A program made the position numbers and the translations under genes. A stretch of DNA of 64,000 nt, filler included, from Circinaria calcarea (taxonomy: Eukaryota), in assembly GCA_051942165.1 (NCBI GenBank). It is 15 parts of 15 records of this genome, joined end to end, with 100 filler letters (N's around TTAATTAATTAA, not from the genome) between each part and the next. Parts side by side here need not be neighbours in the genome. Positions count along the whole stretch, not along the records: positions 42,769 to 46,938 come from JAVECS010002425.1; positions 47,039 to 51,207 come from JAVECS010002426.1; positions 51,308 to 55,476 come from JAVECS010002427.1; positions 55,577 to 59,744 come from JAVECS010002428.1; positions 59,845 to 64,000 come from JAVECS010002436.1; 10 more parts are not named here. One strand, given 5' to 3'. Positions 43,214-59,879 of the stretch are shown here, piece after piece. The notes beneath the pieces were generated by a model, which worked only from the letters and a program-made list of their open reading frames with translations, ran no database searches and was not told the DNA's origin. The stretch's first letter is position 1. Each line of letters opens with the position of its first letter.

Positions 43214-44070
43214 TTAGGAGTAGATGGCCCTCCCCGGACTCGCTCTTCCTCGTTCGTACAGCCACCGGTTGTTCAAACCCACACTGGCTCCTTTGCCGAC
43301 CGACGGACTCGGCGTCCTCGGTGTTCCAAACACACTCCCGTCCTTGCCACCCGGTCCCAAAGGCGAGGGGGACCCGTAGCTATGCCTCCTCAATGAATCC
43401 TTGAGTCCTCCGACAGAATTCTGCCATAGGGGACTCGGTGAGGGTGCGAAAGGCGAATTACTGGCTTGGCGTGGACTCCCCTTGCGCGAGACAGGCGAAC
43501 CGGTTCGACTGCCCGGGGTACCGCTCCTCGGGGTGCTGGAGCGAGGGTAGCGCGGTGGCGTGACGTACTGGGTCAATGGTGAAGCGGGAGTGGCAGTGGG
43601 GTCCAGGCCGAGGAGAGAGCGCTGGGTTGGGGTCAGAGGGATATCGGTGAGGGGATCTCGGCGGCGGTAGAGGGGCAGAAGGGCGACGAGGATGTTGAAG
43701 ACGAGGAGAAGGCGCAGAATGAGTACCGGATAGTGCGTGTAAATGTCAGCTACGGGGGGAATCCAGGAGTAGTAGGTGTTGGAGCTGGGTAAAGAGGGGG
43801 GGTTTTCATTAGCTTTTTTTCGGAATGACACAAAAGGGGAAAAGGGAGGACATACTAGGATTGAGTGAGGTCGCGAAGATAATATGTGGCGAGAAGGATT
43901 CCACCGTTCCACGCAATCATCTTCACGTGGCTGCTGGTGAAGGTTGCAGCGTTTTGTCGGGCTGCAATCTCCTCGAATTTGGGATGGCGCCAGGTTCCGG
44001 GTGAGGGCGTGGCGACGGGGGTTTGTGAGAGTTGGCCACCCGGTGTAGACGGGCTTGATCGAGTTAACAT
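43214..44070 (-). CDS. Nuclear pore membrane component (NPCC/Pom34-like); intron ~43855-43785
   Basis: PGTWRHPKFEEIAARQNAATF; TM segments; DPLTDIPLTPTQRSLLGL; VGLNNRWLYE. Confidence 0.75.
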
Positions 44071-44493
44071 GTTTGGGACTCGTTGATCTGGTACGTGCGT
44101 TAGGAGAATGTCATTGTATGCTTGTTGATGTGTAAGGTAGGGAGTGAAAGGATGTCAACAAAGAAAGGGTAATTATTACCAGTAACAATTCCGGTATGCT
44201 GTTTGCGCAATTAAACATGTTCTTTTGTTAGTGGTTAGTTGTTAGTGATTCTACGGACCTGCTGATTAGTACTTTGGTGCACAATGACACTGCCATCTTC
44301 AGACTCGAGAAGCATGTTGAAGGTGAGAAGTTTGCGCGCGGAATATTTTGTTTTGACGTTGGCGGCTGACCGATAGGGCTGCACCAACCCCCGCAAAACT
44401 CAGCCGGGCTTATCTTACACTACACATTTGTCCATAGACATTACAGAGTGTTCAATTAGACTTCACTGCATTGAAAAGCTGTCTTCCAAAGCT

Positions 44494-46273
44494 ATGGCTG
44501 CTAATAATACTCTTCTCCAGCGTCTTGACAGCCAATTGGACCAGCTTTTCTCCGGCTGGAACATCTACACCACTCTCCTTGCCCTCATTCTCATTACCTA
44601 TCTCATCTACCCTCTCTTCTTTCTCCAAGAACCCGATACACATCCTCTGTTGCTAGCACGTCAAGCCTCGGCTTTTCCGGTGAGACAACCTGGTGAATCG
44701 GCCATCTACCGATCATTGGAAGTCCCGCATGGTTATCCTTTGAGGACCGGTCTGAATGTCAAGGATCCAGATGCCCCGAAATGGCAAAGTGGAAGAGACG
44801 GGGATTTGAGAGATGTATGGAAACAAGCGCTGAGGGGATCCGCCGAAGGAGATGGCAAGAAAGCACGCATCATATCTGTCATGGGCCAAGACACGGTTGA
44901 GTATCCACTAGGGGTGATTACGATGTACATTAATATGATCGGAGAGTATTTGCGTGATTCCGGAGCGAAGAAAGTGGTCATCTTTCTTCCCAACTCGATT
45001 GAGTTATTGGTGGCCTTTTTTGGTGAGCGGGCTTCAACGAATCTATATCACTGACGCAACTGACCATATACACAGCGGCTGCCTTTTATGGCTTCATGCC
45101 AGTTCTGATCCCCCAAGGCATATCGCAGGAACAGTTGATACATCACCTAAAAGCAATCAATCCAGATTGTCTTCTTGCACCTGCTGGCACACTTGCTCCG
45201 CAAGCGCTATTACGGTCTTGTCCCAGTATAAAGCGCTTTATCTGGGTAGTTGAGAAAACTAGCCGGCAGATGGATTGGAAGGCCAGCACAGAGGAAGTCA
45301 GTGCAAAGGTTGCTACGTGGCACGACATTATTGAAGAGAAGCGCCAATCTGCCTCATCGGAGCCACCACTGGAACCAGAAGGCTTTGAACCACCACCTGT
45401 AGTCACAGTCTGGCAAGGGAATAAAGGATTAACACATTTTGAGATAGTAGGGTATTCGCAAAAAGTAAGCGTAGTCAGTATGTGCCTGAGAATTCTCACG
45501 ATGGCTAATACTTCATCCATTAGACTATAGTCGCAGCAATCGCCGCTCAGATCTCCGTTCTTCCCCCTACCCATCGACTCGGTACATCTGATCTTGTACT
45601 ATCCCTTGATTCGCTCAGCATATTATATCCCATGATAGTCACTCTAGCTGCTCTATTCTCAGGCGCGTCAATCGCCGTGACTTCTGTGGCTGGGCCGGCT
45701 GCGGATCTTGCGTTGGCCTTTCAAGTCGTCACGCCCACGATCGTTATTGCAACGGCAGACACTCTTTTGAAACTCCACAAGCAGATGAGTACCGCGTCTG
45801 GCAACTTTCTGTCAAGGTTGCAACGCTATTCCCACACTCGTTCCTTAGCTGCAGGTGTAATGCCCAAAGCAGGAAAGCTAACCGGACACGCGAGTCCTCG
45901 GCTGATATACACTTCTGCGAAAGCCGGCGTGGACCTAGTGCCCTTGAGCTCGAAGGAGTTATCAGACTTGAGGCTGTTCACCGGCGCCCGCATCATATAT
46001 GCGCTGACAGCAACGGGTGTCGCCGGCGCCATTGCTCAGACGAATGTGCTCGATTACCGTGGGATAGAGACACCGAGCAAGAAGTCTCATTTTGGACCAC
46101 CTCTGAGCTGTGTGGAAATCAAGTTAGTAGAAACCCCAGGATACGCTATATCAGACCGCGAAGAACCAGTCGGTGATATCGTCGTTGCAGGGCCTGCTGT
46201 TGTAGAGGGCGAAACCGAGATAGGGGTGATTGGCAGCATCGGCAATGATAATACATTAGCACTAGCCGCCTAG
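44494..46273 (+). CDS. Membrane-anchored, divergent AMP-binding/acyl-CoA-synthetase-like protein; exons ~44494-45022, 45076-45464, 45524-46273
   Basis: N-terminal TM, DTHPLLLARQA..RQPGESAIYRS..GRDGDLRDVW, VIFLPNSIE, HFGPPLSCVEIKL, GDIVVAGPAV. Confidence 0.7.
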
Positions 46274-47038
46274 GTATTCCGGTACTTGTGGGAATAAATT
46301 ACATATCACTCGAAAGGGATGGCGACAATAGTGGGCTTCGTAGAACTCCATCGAAGTCTTGTGTATTTTGAGGTGGAAGAGATCACCACTAGAGCCTCAA
46401 CTTCGGTTACCAAAGTAAGCGATGTTCTGGAAGGACCGTCACGGTGTGCCGACAATCCTTCGGATAAACTTCAGCGCAGCATCTTCCGATATAAAAAACT
46501 ATCACTGCCCATCGGCGTTCGAAACGCGTAAGTTCAGATTCTCGTTCGATTAAATTTGCCTGGACATGTTGGTTTCACAAGATGTGCTGTTGTATCCGTC
46601 CTTGAATGCACATAGCAACAAGACCACTGGTCTATCTACTCTTCTGGTTCAATAGCGGTATCTTCGCTGGCTTGCTCTTCGACTTGCTTGTAGTAAATAA
46701 GACTGTGCCGAAGTGAAGTGGCGGACATTTGCGTGCACAAAAACAAGCCCGCACTTTTCAAAATTAAGGATCATGGAGTCATGGTACTCAAAGATTACCT
46801 ACGCTTTGTGAATGCATGTTGACTTGGTTGGATGGCAGGTGCAAGGATCAATCCCCTCTTATGGAGCAGATTCACGGTGACAACGCTCGTCAGTACGTTT
46901 TAGATGTCAAACGTTGCATGGATTTCTATTATCAACAANNNNNNNNNNNNNNNNNNNNNNNNNNNNNNNNNNNNNNNNNNNNTTAATTAATTAANNNNNN
47001 NNNNNNNNNNNNNNNNNNNNNNNNNNNNNNNNNNNNNN

Positions 47039-47659
47039 CACATACATGCTGCGAAAAAGAACCACCGCAGTGAGAATGGCATAAGCATTCTGGTGAAAGG
47101 CGGGGTCCTGCAAGTAATGATAGTACAGGGTGATGAAGGTTGCTAGTGATACTAGGCTGAGAGCGAGAATAAGAGCGAACTGTTTGGATTTCGAATACGA
47201 AAAGGTTGCATAGCACATAAGGCAAGTGGTGTAAATCATGGAGAGCTCATCAACTAGTTGCATAGGATCTGCCACACAACACAGAAATCCGTCAGAACTT
47301 TGGGTCCACATGAAGGAGGACTTTTCGTCGAGATTGAATAAGAGAAAGGCTCGCTATGGCGATCACCTCATTGAGAACCTACACTTCAGCGTGGAGTGAA
47401 AGAGAAAACTACCGGTGCCAACCAGCATGTATCCGACATAGGTGACCAAGAAAATCCTATCATGCCCATATTTCCAGCAGCTGATGATGCCCTTGACGGC
47501 AAGATAGATAAATAGAAGGTTGGTCAGCGTGTTGACAATTTCGGCGGAGTAATAAGTAGCATAGTAGTCCTCTTCGCACCAATTCAGGGTCGACGTGACA
47601 GGGTGCCAGTAACCTTGCTGCGAGGGAGGGTAGGCTACCGACGGAAGCCATGAGGGCAT
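47039..47659 (-). CDS. Alkaline ceramidase (Ypc1/Ydc1-like), intron ~47382-47269, 3'-truncated
   Basis: GYWHPVTSTLNWCEEDY..AEIVNTLTN..VGTGSFLFHSTLK|YPMQLVDELSMIY. Confidence 0.93.
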
Positions 47660-48020
47660 TCTGTTTGTTGTCTCTGCTGGATGCACCAACGGCAGACCTC
47701 GGACAGCAGAGGAAGTCTTCTTGGTTGACCATACAAATACGAAGTATCTCGAATACGGTACCGGTAGATTTCTTGGTACGTGTGCCCGGCGCGACCGGCG
47801 CCGCGCTTTGAGCGACTAACCCAACAGGGCTGAGATATTTCTCGAGGACCCAAGGCCACTTGACTACCTAGTTTCACGATATCGCGATGGCCACTTAGCA
47901 AGACTCAAAACGCGCCTCCTTCGCACCGAGGCTTTTGGAATAACACGACCTGGTCCCGTAGAACTTTGCCTCTCTGGACTTCATCAGCAGGAGCTGGCCC
48001 ACCCAACAAGCGGACCAATT

Positions 48021-48508
48021 ATGTCGATTCCTAATGAAGCTCTGCAGAAGGTACATCGCCGGGTTAAATATTATCTACATTTGATCGGTGGCTGACTATG
48101 GTCACAGCTTGTTCAGGAGATTGAAGCCCAAGCCATTCACGCCCAAAGGGAGATCAACGTTGTTAAGACCGCAGTATCAGCGAAGCAACGAGACGTACGT
48201 CTTCTGGAGCTAACGAGCAGCGAACTCAAGTCACTCCCCAATGATACTAAGGTTTATGAGGGGGTCGGAAAGATGTGAGAGCTCATCCCGTGGGAGGATC
48301 TTCTTTACATGGACGACTAACTTATGTATTCCATCCTAGGTTCGTCTTCAGTCCCAAGACGGCGGTCGAGAAGCGGCTGTCCTCCGAAACCACAGAGCTA
48401 ACATCCGATATTACGAACATGAACAAGAAGCTGCACTATTTGGAAACAACCCACAAGAACAGCCGCGAACACATTGACCAAATCTTCCGCTCCGGAGGGC
48501 GAGCGTAA
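48021..48508 (+). CDS. PFD1: Prefoldin subunit 1; exons 48021-48050, 48108-48274, 48340-48508
   Basis: MSIPNEALQK|LVQEIE..LPNDTKVYEGVGKM|FVFSP..KKLHYLETTHKNSREHI. Confidence 0.9.
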
Positions 48509-50054
48509 TCTTTGTCCAGAAACGCGACTTGATGAAGCAGCTTCTGTGATCGGTCCACGGGCTACATCAGTCCGATATCCATCGTATCAAGTCGTCAGAA
48601 GCGGTTGGCCTAAGATCTGTCACAGCGATTCGTCGCCCGCACCGCATAGACAGTTACTTACGTCATACTGGAGAATCTCTATCCATGGTTGTAGATTTTT
48701 GCGGCTGACTTGTCACGCCATGGGCTATGGGCATAGAGAAACCGGGGAGGGAACTTGATGTAGTTTGGCCGAGGGTACTCGAGTCCAATTGCCTCGCCGG
48801 GCAATTGCTGAGCTTCTGTGACTACCATAGTATTCTGCAGGTGACAAACGGTGACTAGGCTTAGATAACTTTCGATTTGAGCTGGGCGCACATATTTCGG
48901 CCAGAGCGACACAGGGGGCGGCATAAGTCATGGAGGTTCCGAGGTATTACCGACGCATGATATCCAGATTAAATAATCAGCCATGGACCTCCTACCACCC
49001 CTCCGCATATCCCTCCAAAACATATACTGCTGATTCCGAGAGATGGAAAGGGTATTGACTTATTATTATAGTGATTATTTCAACGTCTAAGGTATTCGGT
49101 AATCCATGGCTTATGCTGTCCCCTGTGCCGAGTACTATTTATGTCGGTGTAGCATACCACAATACGGAGGAGCCGACCCGACCGCTTGAACAAGTCGGAA
49201 ATGATTGCTATGATAGTTGGTGTGTCCCCCTCCCAGTCTTGCGCCGCAAACTCTAATTCCCAGTACCGTCTCAACCATCATCAGCCAATCACTAGGTGCA
49301 CCCACTCAAGGGGCTCGCATGACACCCGTCCTTCCTAGGCGTAGTCCCTCCCTCTTCCAACACTGCCGCTCACTCGTTCTGGTCTCTGCACTCCGAATCA
49401 AACGTCTCGAAATCTCCCCGGGCCGGTTTTCCATTGGACCCGAGCTCCCTCGGTTGAAACGATAAAGGGAGATGAGGCCTCGGCTCAACTTGATCGTCCC
49501 AAGCCCCACGCCCAAGCCAGGAATATGACCACCAAGGATGACAGGCTAGCCATGGTGGTATTCGGCCTGCATAATCAAACCGGGACGGGAGCCTGTTGGA
49601 TAACTTTAGCCTGCGCCCAAAAGGAAGAGGAAGCAAAGGAGCGGGGATCGGATCGTAAATTCGAAAATACAGGTAGGGCTGCAATCCCCCCCCCATGGCT
49701 ACGCTGTGATCATTTGGACGCCGCGTGCGTTTGCTGACGGGGATGCGGATCCTTGGCCTCAGCTCTACCGCCCTAGCGCCAGTCATCTGCTTCAAGCTGA
49801 GAAACGGCCCCCAACCGGTAGAAAAACCCAAACCCCTCCCTGACTCTTCTTCTCTTCTCCTCAAATCCGCATCTTACATTTTGCATCTTCTAGTCTTGGG
49901 CTCCCTGCTCATCTTCAAACAAACGACCACAGCAGTGGTGACGAGAAACTCCTCGCCTGCGCATCCTAAGTGGAATCAGGCTGCTTGACATATCAGTCCA
50001 ACCAATAGTCGTTGAGTCGGAAGAGGGTCTCGCACCCAAACTTTTATCGTCACC

Positions 50055-51207
50055 ATGGCGGACTTTTGGCCAGGATGCGATTTACCGACTCCGGTAATCC
50101 TCAATGCCGGTCGCCCAGGGCGAAATCGGCCTCGCCTTCAGAGTGCACATTTACCGGCTCAGCCCGCTGTGTATCTTGGTCCCAACGGTCAGTATCTGGT
50201 GCCTGCTATAGGCATTGGTGGGGGCCACCATCGCGCCGCCTCTACATCGGGCAACCGGCCTGCACAAGTAATCATAAACAACGACAATGGGAACGGATTG
50301 CAATGGGACGATCATTCCCCAAGCCGGAGGCCCCGTAGTCACCACGGTGACCGGGATTATTATCACGATAATTACGAGCGTCGGCCGAGGTCGCATTCTC
50401 ATTCGCGCTCCCGATCGAGAGAGCGGATACGAGTCCATTCCAGAGCGAGACGACGGACGCCGTCTCCATATTATGAAATCGATTACGAAACGGAACGGAA
50501 GCTCGAGAGATTACAAGAGATTGAGGAGGAAAGGGAACGCGAGAGGCGAGAGAAGGAGATTAAAGACGAGCTACAGCGTAAAGCGGAGCGCGAAGCAGCG
50601 GAGAAGGTGAAACGAGAAAGGGAGGAAAGAGAACTCGCGAAGAAAGCAATCGAGAAGTACAACGCCGAAGAAAAAGAGAAAGCGGAGAAAGCGAAGGAAG
50701 CGAAGGAGGCGGCTAATAAGGAGTACCGAGAGAAAATGACAAAGACCCTTCTATTGAACGGATATACCGACGAGGACATCGAGAAGATATTAAACAAAGG
50801 GGACGGGAAAGGGGAAGGAGTGAAGCCTGCGCACCCTAAACCTAGGCATCACGAACCCGTTCATCATCCAATTCCCCATCCCCCTCCAGGGAACACATTG
50901 TCATTGTCTCGACCGACTTATATCAAGGTTCACAGAAAACACCTCGACACCGAAACCCTTGACACATATCATCTACCGTGGGAATGGGATCCGGTTGGTT
51001 ACTCCACTCTACCATTACCCAGTCCGAACTTCTGCTGACTATATTGACAGGTTGATACCAGCTACATCATTATAAAGCAATGGATTCCAGAGCATGATCA
51101 GGATATCCTCTTCGAGCATACTCGAAAGCTACGCGAGCGACGGATGATTACCGACACACAAACTGTCCTGAAGAAAGAAAGGGACCAACTTCTACTTGTC
51201 AGAAGGA
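50055..51207 (+). CDS. Fungal hypothetical protein (RS-rich and coiled-coil region, C-terminal RPTYIKVHRKH..LPWEWD..YIIIK.W..LFEHT domain); intron 50994-51050; 3'-truncated
   Basis: Long open frame; C-terminal motif recognised from ascomycete hypothetical proteins; function unknown. Confidence 0.75.
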
Positions 51208-52656
51208 NNNNNNNNNNNNNNNNNNNNNNNNNNNNNNNNNNNNNNNNNNNNTTAATTAATTAANNNNNNNNNNNNNNNNNNNNNNNNNNNNNNNNNNNNN
51301 NNNNNNNCCAAACGAGGAACACATGCGACGGGGGAAATGCGCAGAAGCACTGGGGGAAGCCAAGCTTCTCGGTTAAGTGGATAGCGTGGGTTCAGTCTAT
51401 GGAGTTATCTAAAACTTGGCTCCGCTTGGGCAAGGAAACGGGGAAGAAGGGGACATTTTTTTCGGTTTAAAGGATTGCATGCTTATAAATCGACCTTAAT
51501 TCCATTCCATTTCTTCCTGCTGGAATCTAGTGAAGAAGCCGCTATCTTAGATAATGAGTATCTTACTTTCTGGGGCGGGGATCCCATTGGATTCTCGGGG
51601 GGTATATTATTTATTGGCAGTATTAATCAATTATCATCTAACAGCTACTCACTTTGACGCTTGGTTTAACCCCCTTGTGGAGATCGCCCAAAAAGAGCCC
51701 CCCCCAAGAAAGCGCATATACTTCTGAGACCAACAGTAATAATCCCTCCGAAAAAGGAAAGTGAGGAATATCCCTTTTCGACTCACATAATGATTCCACC
51801 GGGATTGCTATGTAAGCGGTATTCGTAACATAGAAAGGCCCCTTTTCTCTACCTACTTATACCTATAAAAGTAGATAAGCTGAGTCCTAAGCCCCGCCAA
51901 TAGTACAGACTGGTACAGTGTGCAGCAGTAGAGCGGTAAACTGCATTGTTTACTGTTTTGGCATTGTGGCCCTCCGCACTGGTCTTAATCGGTACCGACA
52001 GCATACACCGCTAGTATACCTCCCCTCGTCAAAACAGGGGTAAACAGGGCCAAACAGCCACGATCATCAGGCATTAAGCCCCTCGGGGCCCCCGCGGGGG
52101 CAAAAAAAGGTAAAAAGGGGCGAAAGGGGGCGGGGGAGAATGGCTAATAGACTTACTCCCTACAAGGTTATATGTGGGGGGCCTGCACTATTGGGCGGCC
52201 CGGGTCTTGAAAGCAGAGCCATACTCCTTCCTTCTGCCCCTCTCCTCTCCGAATTTGAGGAGATGAGATGTTTAAAAATTCACAAGCCGAGAGTCTCATG
52301 TGCCTGTCTGTTTCATGACTACCATATGGCATCCATTCTCCGGACGGGAGTTTCGAACGGTCGGCCATGTTCTAGCGAGCGGTCTGAAAAACACATACTG
52401 TAGAGTAGCGGAGATCTTCTTCACCCAAGAGTTGAGCCATACATCCACATCGGTGCAAATTTTTGCATTCCATAGCTCTTGCCGAAGAACCTTCCCCAGG
52501 GGGATGGAGAGGATTAGGACATGGTTACGTAGATCCAACAAGAAGAAAGGTATATATGTATTTACAGTGTCATAACTCATGAACCTCTCAAACCGAAGCC
52601 TCAACGAGCTTCTTCCCTAACATACCTTTCCCCCATATATGAATATGCCCCCTGCA

Positions 52657-55476
<2,820 letters not shown>

Positions 55477-56318
55477 NNNNNNNNNNNNNNNNNNNNNNNN
55501 NNNNNNNNNNNNNNNNNNNNTTAATTAATTAANNNNNNNNNNNNNNNNNNNNNNNNNNNNNNNNNNNNNNNNNNNNAGTTAGGTAAGTGACAGTCCTCCG
55601 AGATGTGACTGTGTCGTACCACACCTACTATCGAGAATGAGAGACTCACTAGAACAGTATCCCTCTCTAGCTCATAACGGCGTACAAAACACCAATTTGC
55701 CATAATAATTCCCGACATTATGACAGGCCTTACATATCCAATGCTCTTGTAAGTCTACTTCACACAGTCAAAAGCCAGGCGTGTCAAAACGGCAGGCAGT
55801 GAGGTAGGCTGGGATCTACCATTTTCGGTCATGGATAGGGCTGTACGCTGTGTGCATTCTATGCACTAAAAACCTCCAAGACGACCAGGTTGCACAAATG
55901 GTCGCTGCACAGTCTTGGTATGATAGTAGTTTCTTAGCACGACATGACGGACAATGATTCATTCAACCGACTCCAAGCGTCTCCAGCACCAAAGCAATTA
56001 CTGGTTAAGTAACTTGGTTTTTCACAAGTTCCTGTTCACACGAGATCCCATTTCTGTCGACTTATCTACAAGCTCAGCTATACACAAATGCAGAAAACCG
56101 CCGCCTCGCAATACCTTTCAAAGGCGTCCACGCACTAGCAACAGTCCCTCGAAGCGGAATCCTATCCGACAGTCTTACAACGCATCGACAGCGCTGCTGC
56201 CATTTCGTTGAATTATTTCCTACATTCAGAAACTCCCAAAGCAAGAACTCCTTTTCCCTTCATGCTGTCGACCTAATTATCCGCACGCCTCTCCATACGG
56301 TCCGGTCATGATAACAGC

Positions 56319-58753
56319 TCAATGATCATAGCCGGCGCCCCTCTGCCATGGACCTGCGTTGTTTTGCGGCCGGTATGCACCAGTTGACTGAGGAGTTGCT
56401 GTCCGATTATAGGGTTGGTAATCGTACCGTGGAGCTGGAGAACTGTTGTTTGTGGATCTCGAATTGAACACGGTACTGTCATTGTACTGCCCATCACCAC
56501 CGTATACCCCAGAATGATTATCAGAGTACTGAGCAGGAGTACCGTGGCGAGGCGTGCCATCTCCAGGCATGAAAGGAATGTTTGCATCAATCGGCGAACG
56601 AGAACGATCATGTAGGTTTATCTCCCTTGTTGAATGTGATGTAGATGATGGAAGAGGCACGCCTCCAACCTCATGCTGTTTACGCCCAAGAGAACCGGAG
56701 GAGAAGGAATCATCGTCGTCATCAAGATCTCGGTTTTTGTAAGGCATTTTCATGTCTCCCCGAGCTGTTACGCCAAGTGCATCGAGCTCAGTGTTCAGCT
56801 GAGATTGCGACTTGATAAAAGAGCCGCGATCGTCTCGCATGGGTTGATAGCGGGTATCAGGATTCTTTGAGACAATTGCCAAGATCGACGACACAAGGAC
56901 CATGATCAATAGTATAAGGGCGAAGAAAGCATTGTAGACGAAGAATATCACTCCCATGACTCCGGTTACAATTCCCTGAAGACTTGTCAGTAACAGCTTT
57001 ATATGGCGGCCGGGTATCTCTTACAGGTTGGCTGAAGACGTTAGTAAAGACTAGGAGGAAGATGCCGTTGAGAAAATTGACGACGGCAATGGCGATGTTG
57101 AAGACGTTGGTCTTTTTGTCCATCCAGGGCCGAAGAATGCTCACCGCGATTAGTGCAATGGCTTCAATGATGACGAGTGCAATACCCTGGACCGTCGGCG
57201 CATTCTGAGCGAAGGCGATGAAAACTGCTTTGATGACAATGTATACCATGGTGGGCAAAATGAAGTAATACGCTGTGGCGCGAAATTGGACGTAGAGGAA
57301 GCCCCATTTGTTCAGAGCTTTGGGATCGGAGTATAGGATGTATGCTGGGTTCTTGTGCATATTGACAGATCGTTTTGCAATCCGAATGACTTTCATAGCA
57401 GCCCATAATAAGGCAACAGTCATGGCGATGAAGTAAAAAAGCGCGAGTACAATCTCTGCTGCCGAATCCCTTCGAGTCAACTCCCACAGGCAGAGTATGC
57501 ATATCTGCGGGTAGCCTATAAGTACCTGATGCCTGTTAGCACTAGCAAGGCATGTTCGACGCTCGTAATCGACTTACCAGACGGAACAAAATACCCTTCA
57601 ACACGATTTTCCAACCATTACGAAAATCTTGAAACTTATCCCCTTTGAGCCAGCCTGCTTTGACGGCCAGCTCGCAGAAACCCTTGAAAAGAGCTACGCA
57701 AATGGCAACTATAACCACGAAGGCTATGAAAAACGACAATCCCGTTAAGAAAATGTTCGTAGTTTCAATATTGGCACGGAATCCCACGCGCTTGATTCCT
57801 CTCAGAATGGTCACCGTAGTGGAAGCAGAACTGGGAGTGGTCGGGCTATTCTGTCTCTTGATAATTGCATGGTAGGTGTTCATAACCAGTTTCTCAGCTG
57901 TTCTAAGGGACCTCTTTTGCACTTGCACGGACGTGGTTGCTAGGTTGGAAAGAATGGTTGACGGAGTACCTCCAGTAGATCGCTGGTACCAAGTGAGGAC
58001 ATTCTGCATGAACCCAATTCTGACCATGCCCATGGTCCATTGGAAATTCTGAGTCCACGATTGTACAATTGGCGGAAGGTTGACAGCGGTCATACCGATG
58101 ATAGCCTGTGTTTGGAAAAACCCGAAAAGCGACAAAGCATTGGCTGCGATGTGAGCTGCCGTGTTGGAGTGTCCAAGCCCGGAAGTCACCGCGGAAGCAA
58201 GCAAACCAAGACCAGCTATCACGGCGGTTGTCCACTGCACAGCTTCCTGATCAACGGTCTTGCCGTTCGATAGTTCTGCTTCGACGCAAGCGAGCTGCTT
58301 GCCTGTGGTCGCATCTGTGATCAAGATCTTCACCAGTCCGTCGAGATCTGGGACACTAAAGGCAACGCCAGGGATTTGACTGACAACATCCGGGGAGAAC
58401 TGCGAGTTGGAATTGATGACAATTTGACCAGGATTCATAGGGCAAAGGGAGCTCAGCTCCGCGTTACCACAAGGATTTATGGTTTGGTTGAAAGCAGTGT
58501 AACCATAGGCGATGGCTTGTATATTGGCAATAATATTCCCTCTGATGGTTGAGACGCCATTAATATTGTATGTGAGCGTGCCGTTGTCGGGTGTGAATAC
58601 AACATCGAACAATGTCGCCGTGAACCCCGAATTATCTTGACAAGCATTCAGCGAATTCGATTCGATTAGCCGCGCAGCTGTTGCCAGCGTGGAGAGGATA
58701 AGGATGATGGCGGAGCGAAGAGGGAGTGAGTCGACCGTTGATAGTAGTCGCAT
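56319..58753 (-). CDS. FLC/Pkd2 TRP-like membrane protein (ML-like TRP_N + TM domain); exons ~58753-57578, 57525-57025, 56975-56319
   Basis: Signal peptide, AFSVPDLDG, ACVEAELSNGKTV, PPIVQSWTQNFQW, KWGFLYVQFRA, RPWMDKKTN, PDTRYQPMRDDRGSFIKS. Confidence 0.92.
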
Positions 58754-59879
58754 CTTCGTCACCGCTCATGAAAGACTGGAAGCTTATGTAGTCGCCTTCA
58801 CCGAACTGACTGGCGGAAATGACAGATCGTATGGAGCAATGCGACTTGTTCGACTCGTGCCTCTCCTACTAATGCACACTTTCTCCAGAACGATGATTCG
58901 GTTTCATGCAATGCAGCCGACGCAGTCCGAGAAGTGTGAATGAGGATGTAGAGAATGGTGATCGCTCGGCCAATGAGGCAAATCAAGGAAATCAAGTGAG
59001 CGACAACCCCAAGTTAGGGTACTTTTAGTGCATTGACAGGTAGTAGTACTTCTTTGTAGCTGTGCGACGAGCGAGAGGCGGCAAGATTTGGTCTTGAGCG
59101 TCGTAACAATAGATGGAATGAAACAGCGATAGTGGTGGAGAGAGAGAGAGGTTGGATGGCGAGAGTTGTGATGGTGGTGATGTTGTGGGAGATGACAGAC
59201 AATTTCCTCCGTATTCGAACGAGTGGTCAGGGGAGACCATCCATACCATAGCGGAAAGGGTATTACTTTCTACCGAAAATGGCGTGGGGTCAGCCGCGCA
59301 CGCCGCGTAATGCTCCGGACTCTAAATTCATATGATGATTTGTGTACATTCTTGATTTCGTCCCGGACTGCCGGTACTGCTTACCCTTAAAGCCGTTGAC
59401 AACGGTATTGGCTGTAATGCAGAGACACATCGTGGATCCTGTTACATGCGGTAGAAGGTATCACTCCTACTTCCAAAAGCACGCCCTTGAAGAAAAATTG
59501 CCACCTTGTAGTCCAATCAGAATCGCTTTCCTATGAGAGTCCAAGAAGCATAGCCCCCAGCTGAGAGTTTAGTCGGCTGGGCGACATTTCACATGGATAA
59601 TCAACTCGGCCCTTGGCCCAGTCCATTCCGGCACTCGACATTCCATTTCTTTTGATGCCTTGTTAAGGGTGCGGTTCTCAGCATTGGGAGTCAAAGCGGT
59701 CTTTGAATTGGCTCAACGATGCAGGAACCCGCTGTGCGTACTAGNNNNNNNNNNNNNNNNNNNNNNNNNNNNNNNNNNNNNNNNNNNNTTAATTAATTAA
59801 NNNNNNNNNNNNNNNNNNNNNNNNNNNNNNNNNNNNNNNNNNNNCCTGGTGAGTGTAACTAGCACGACTCCTGGTGTCG

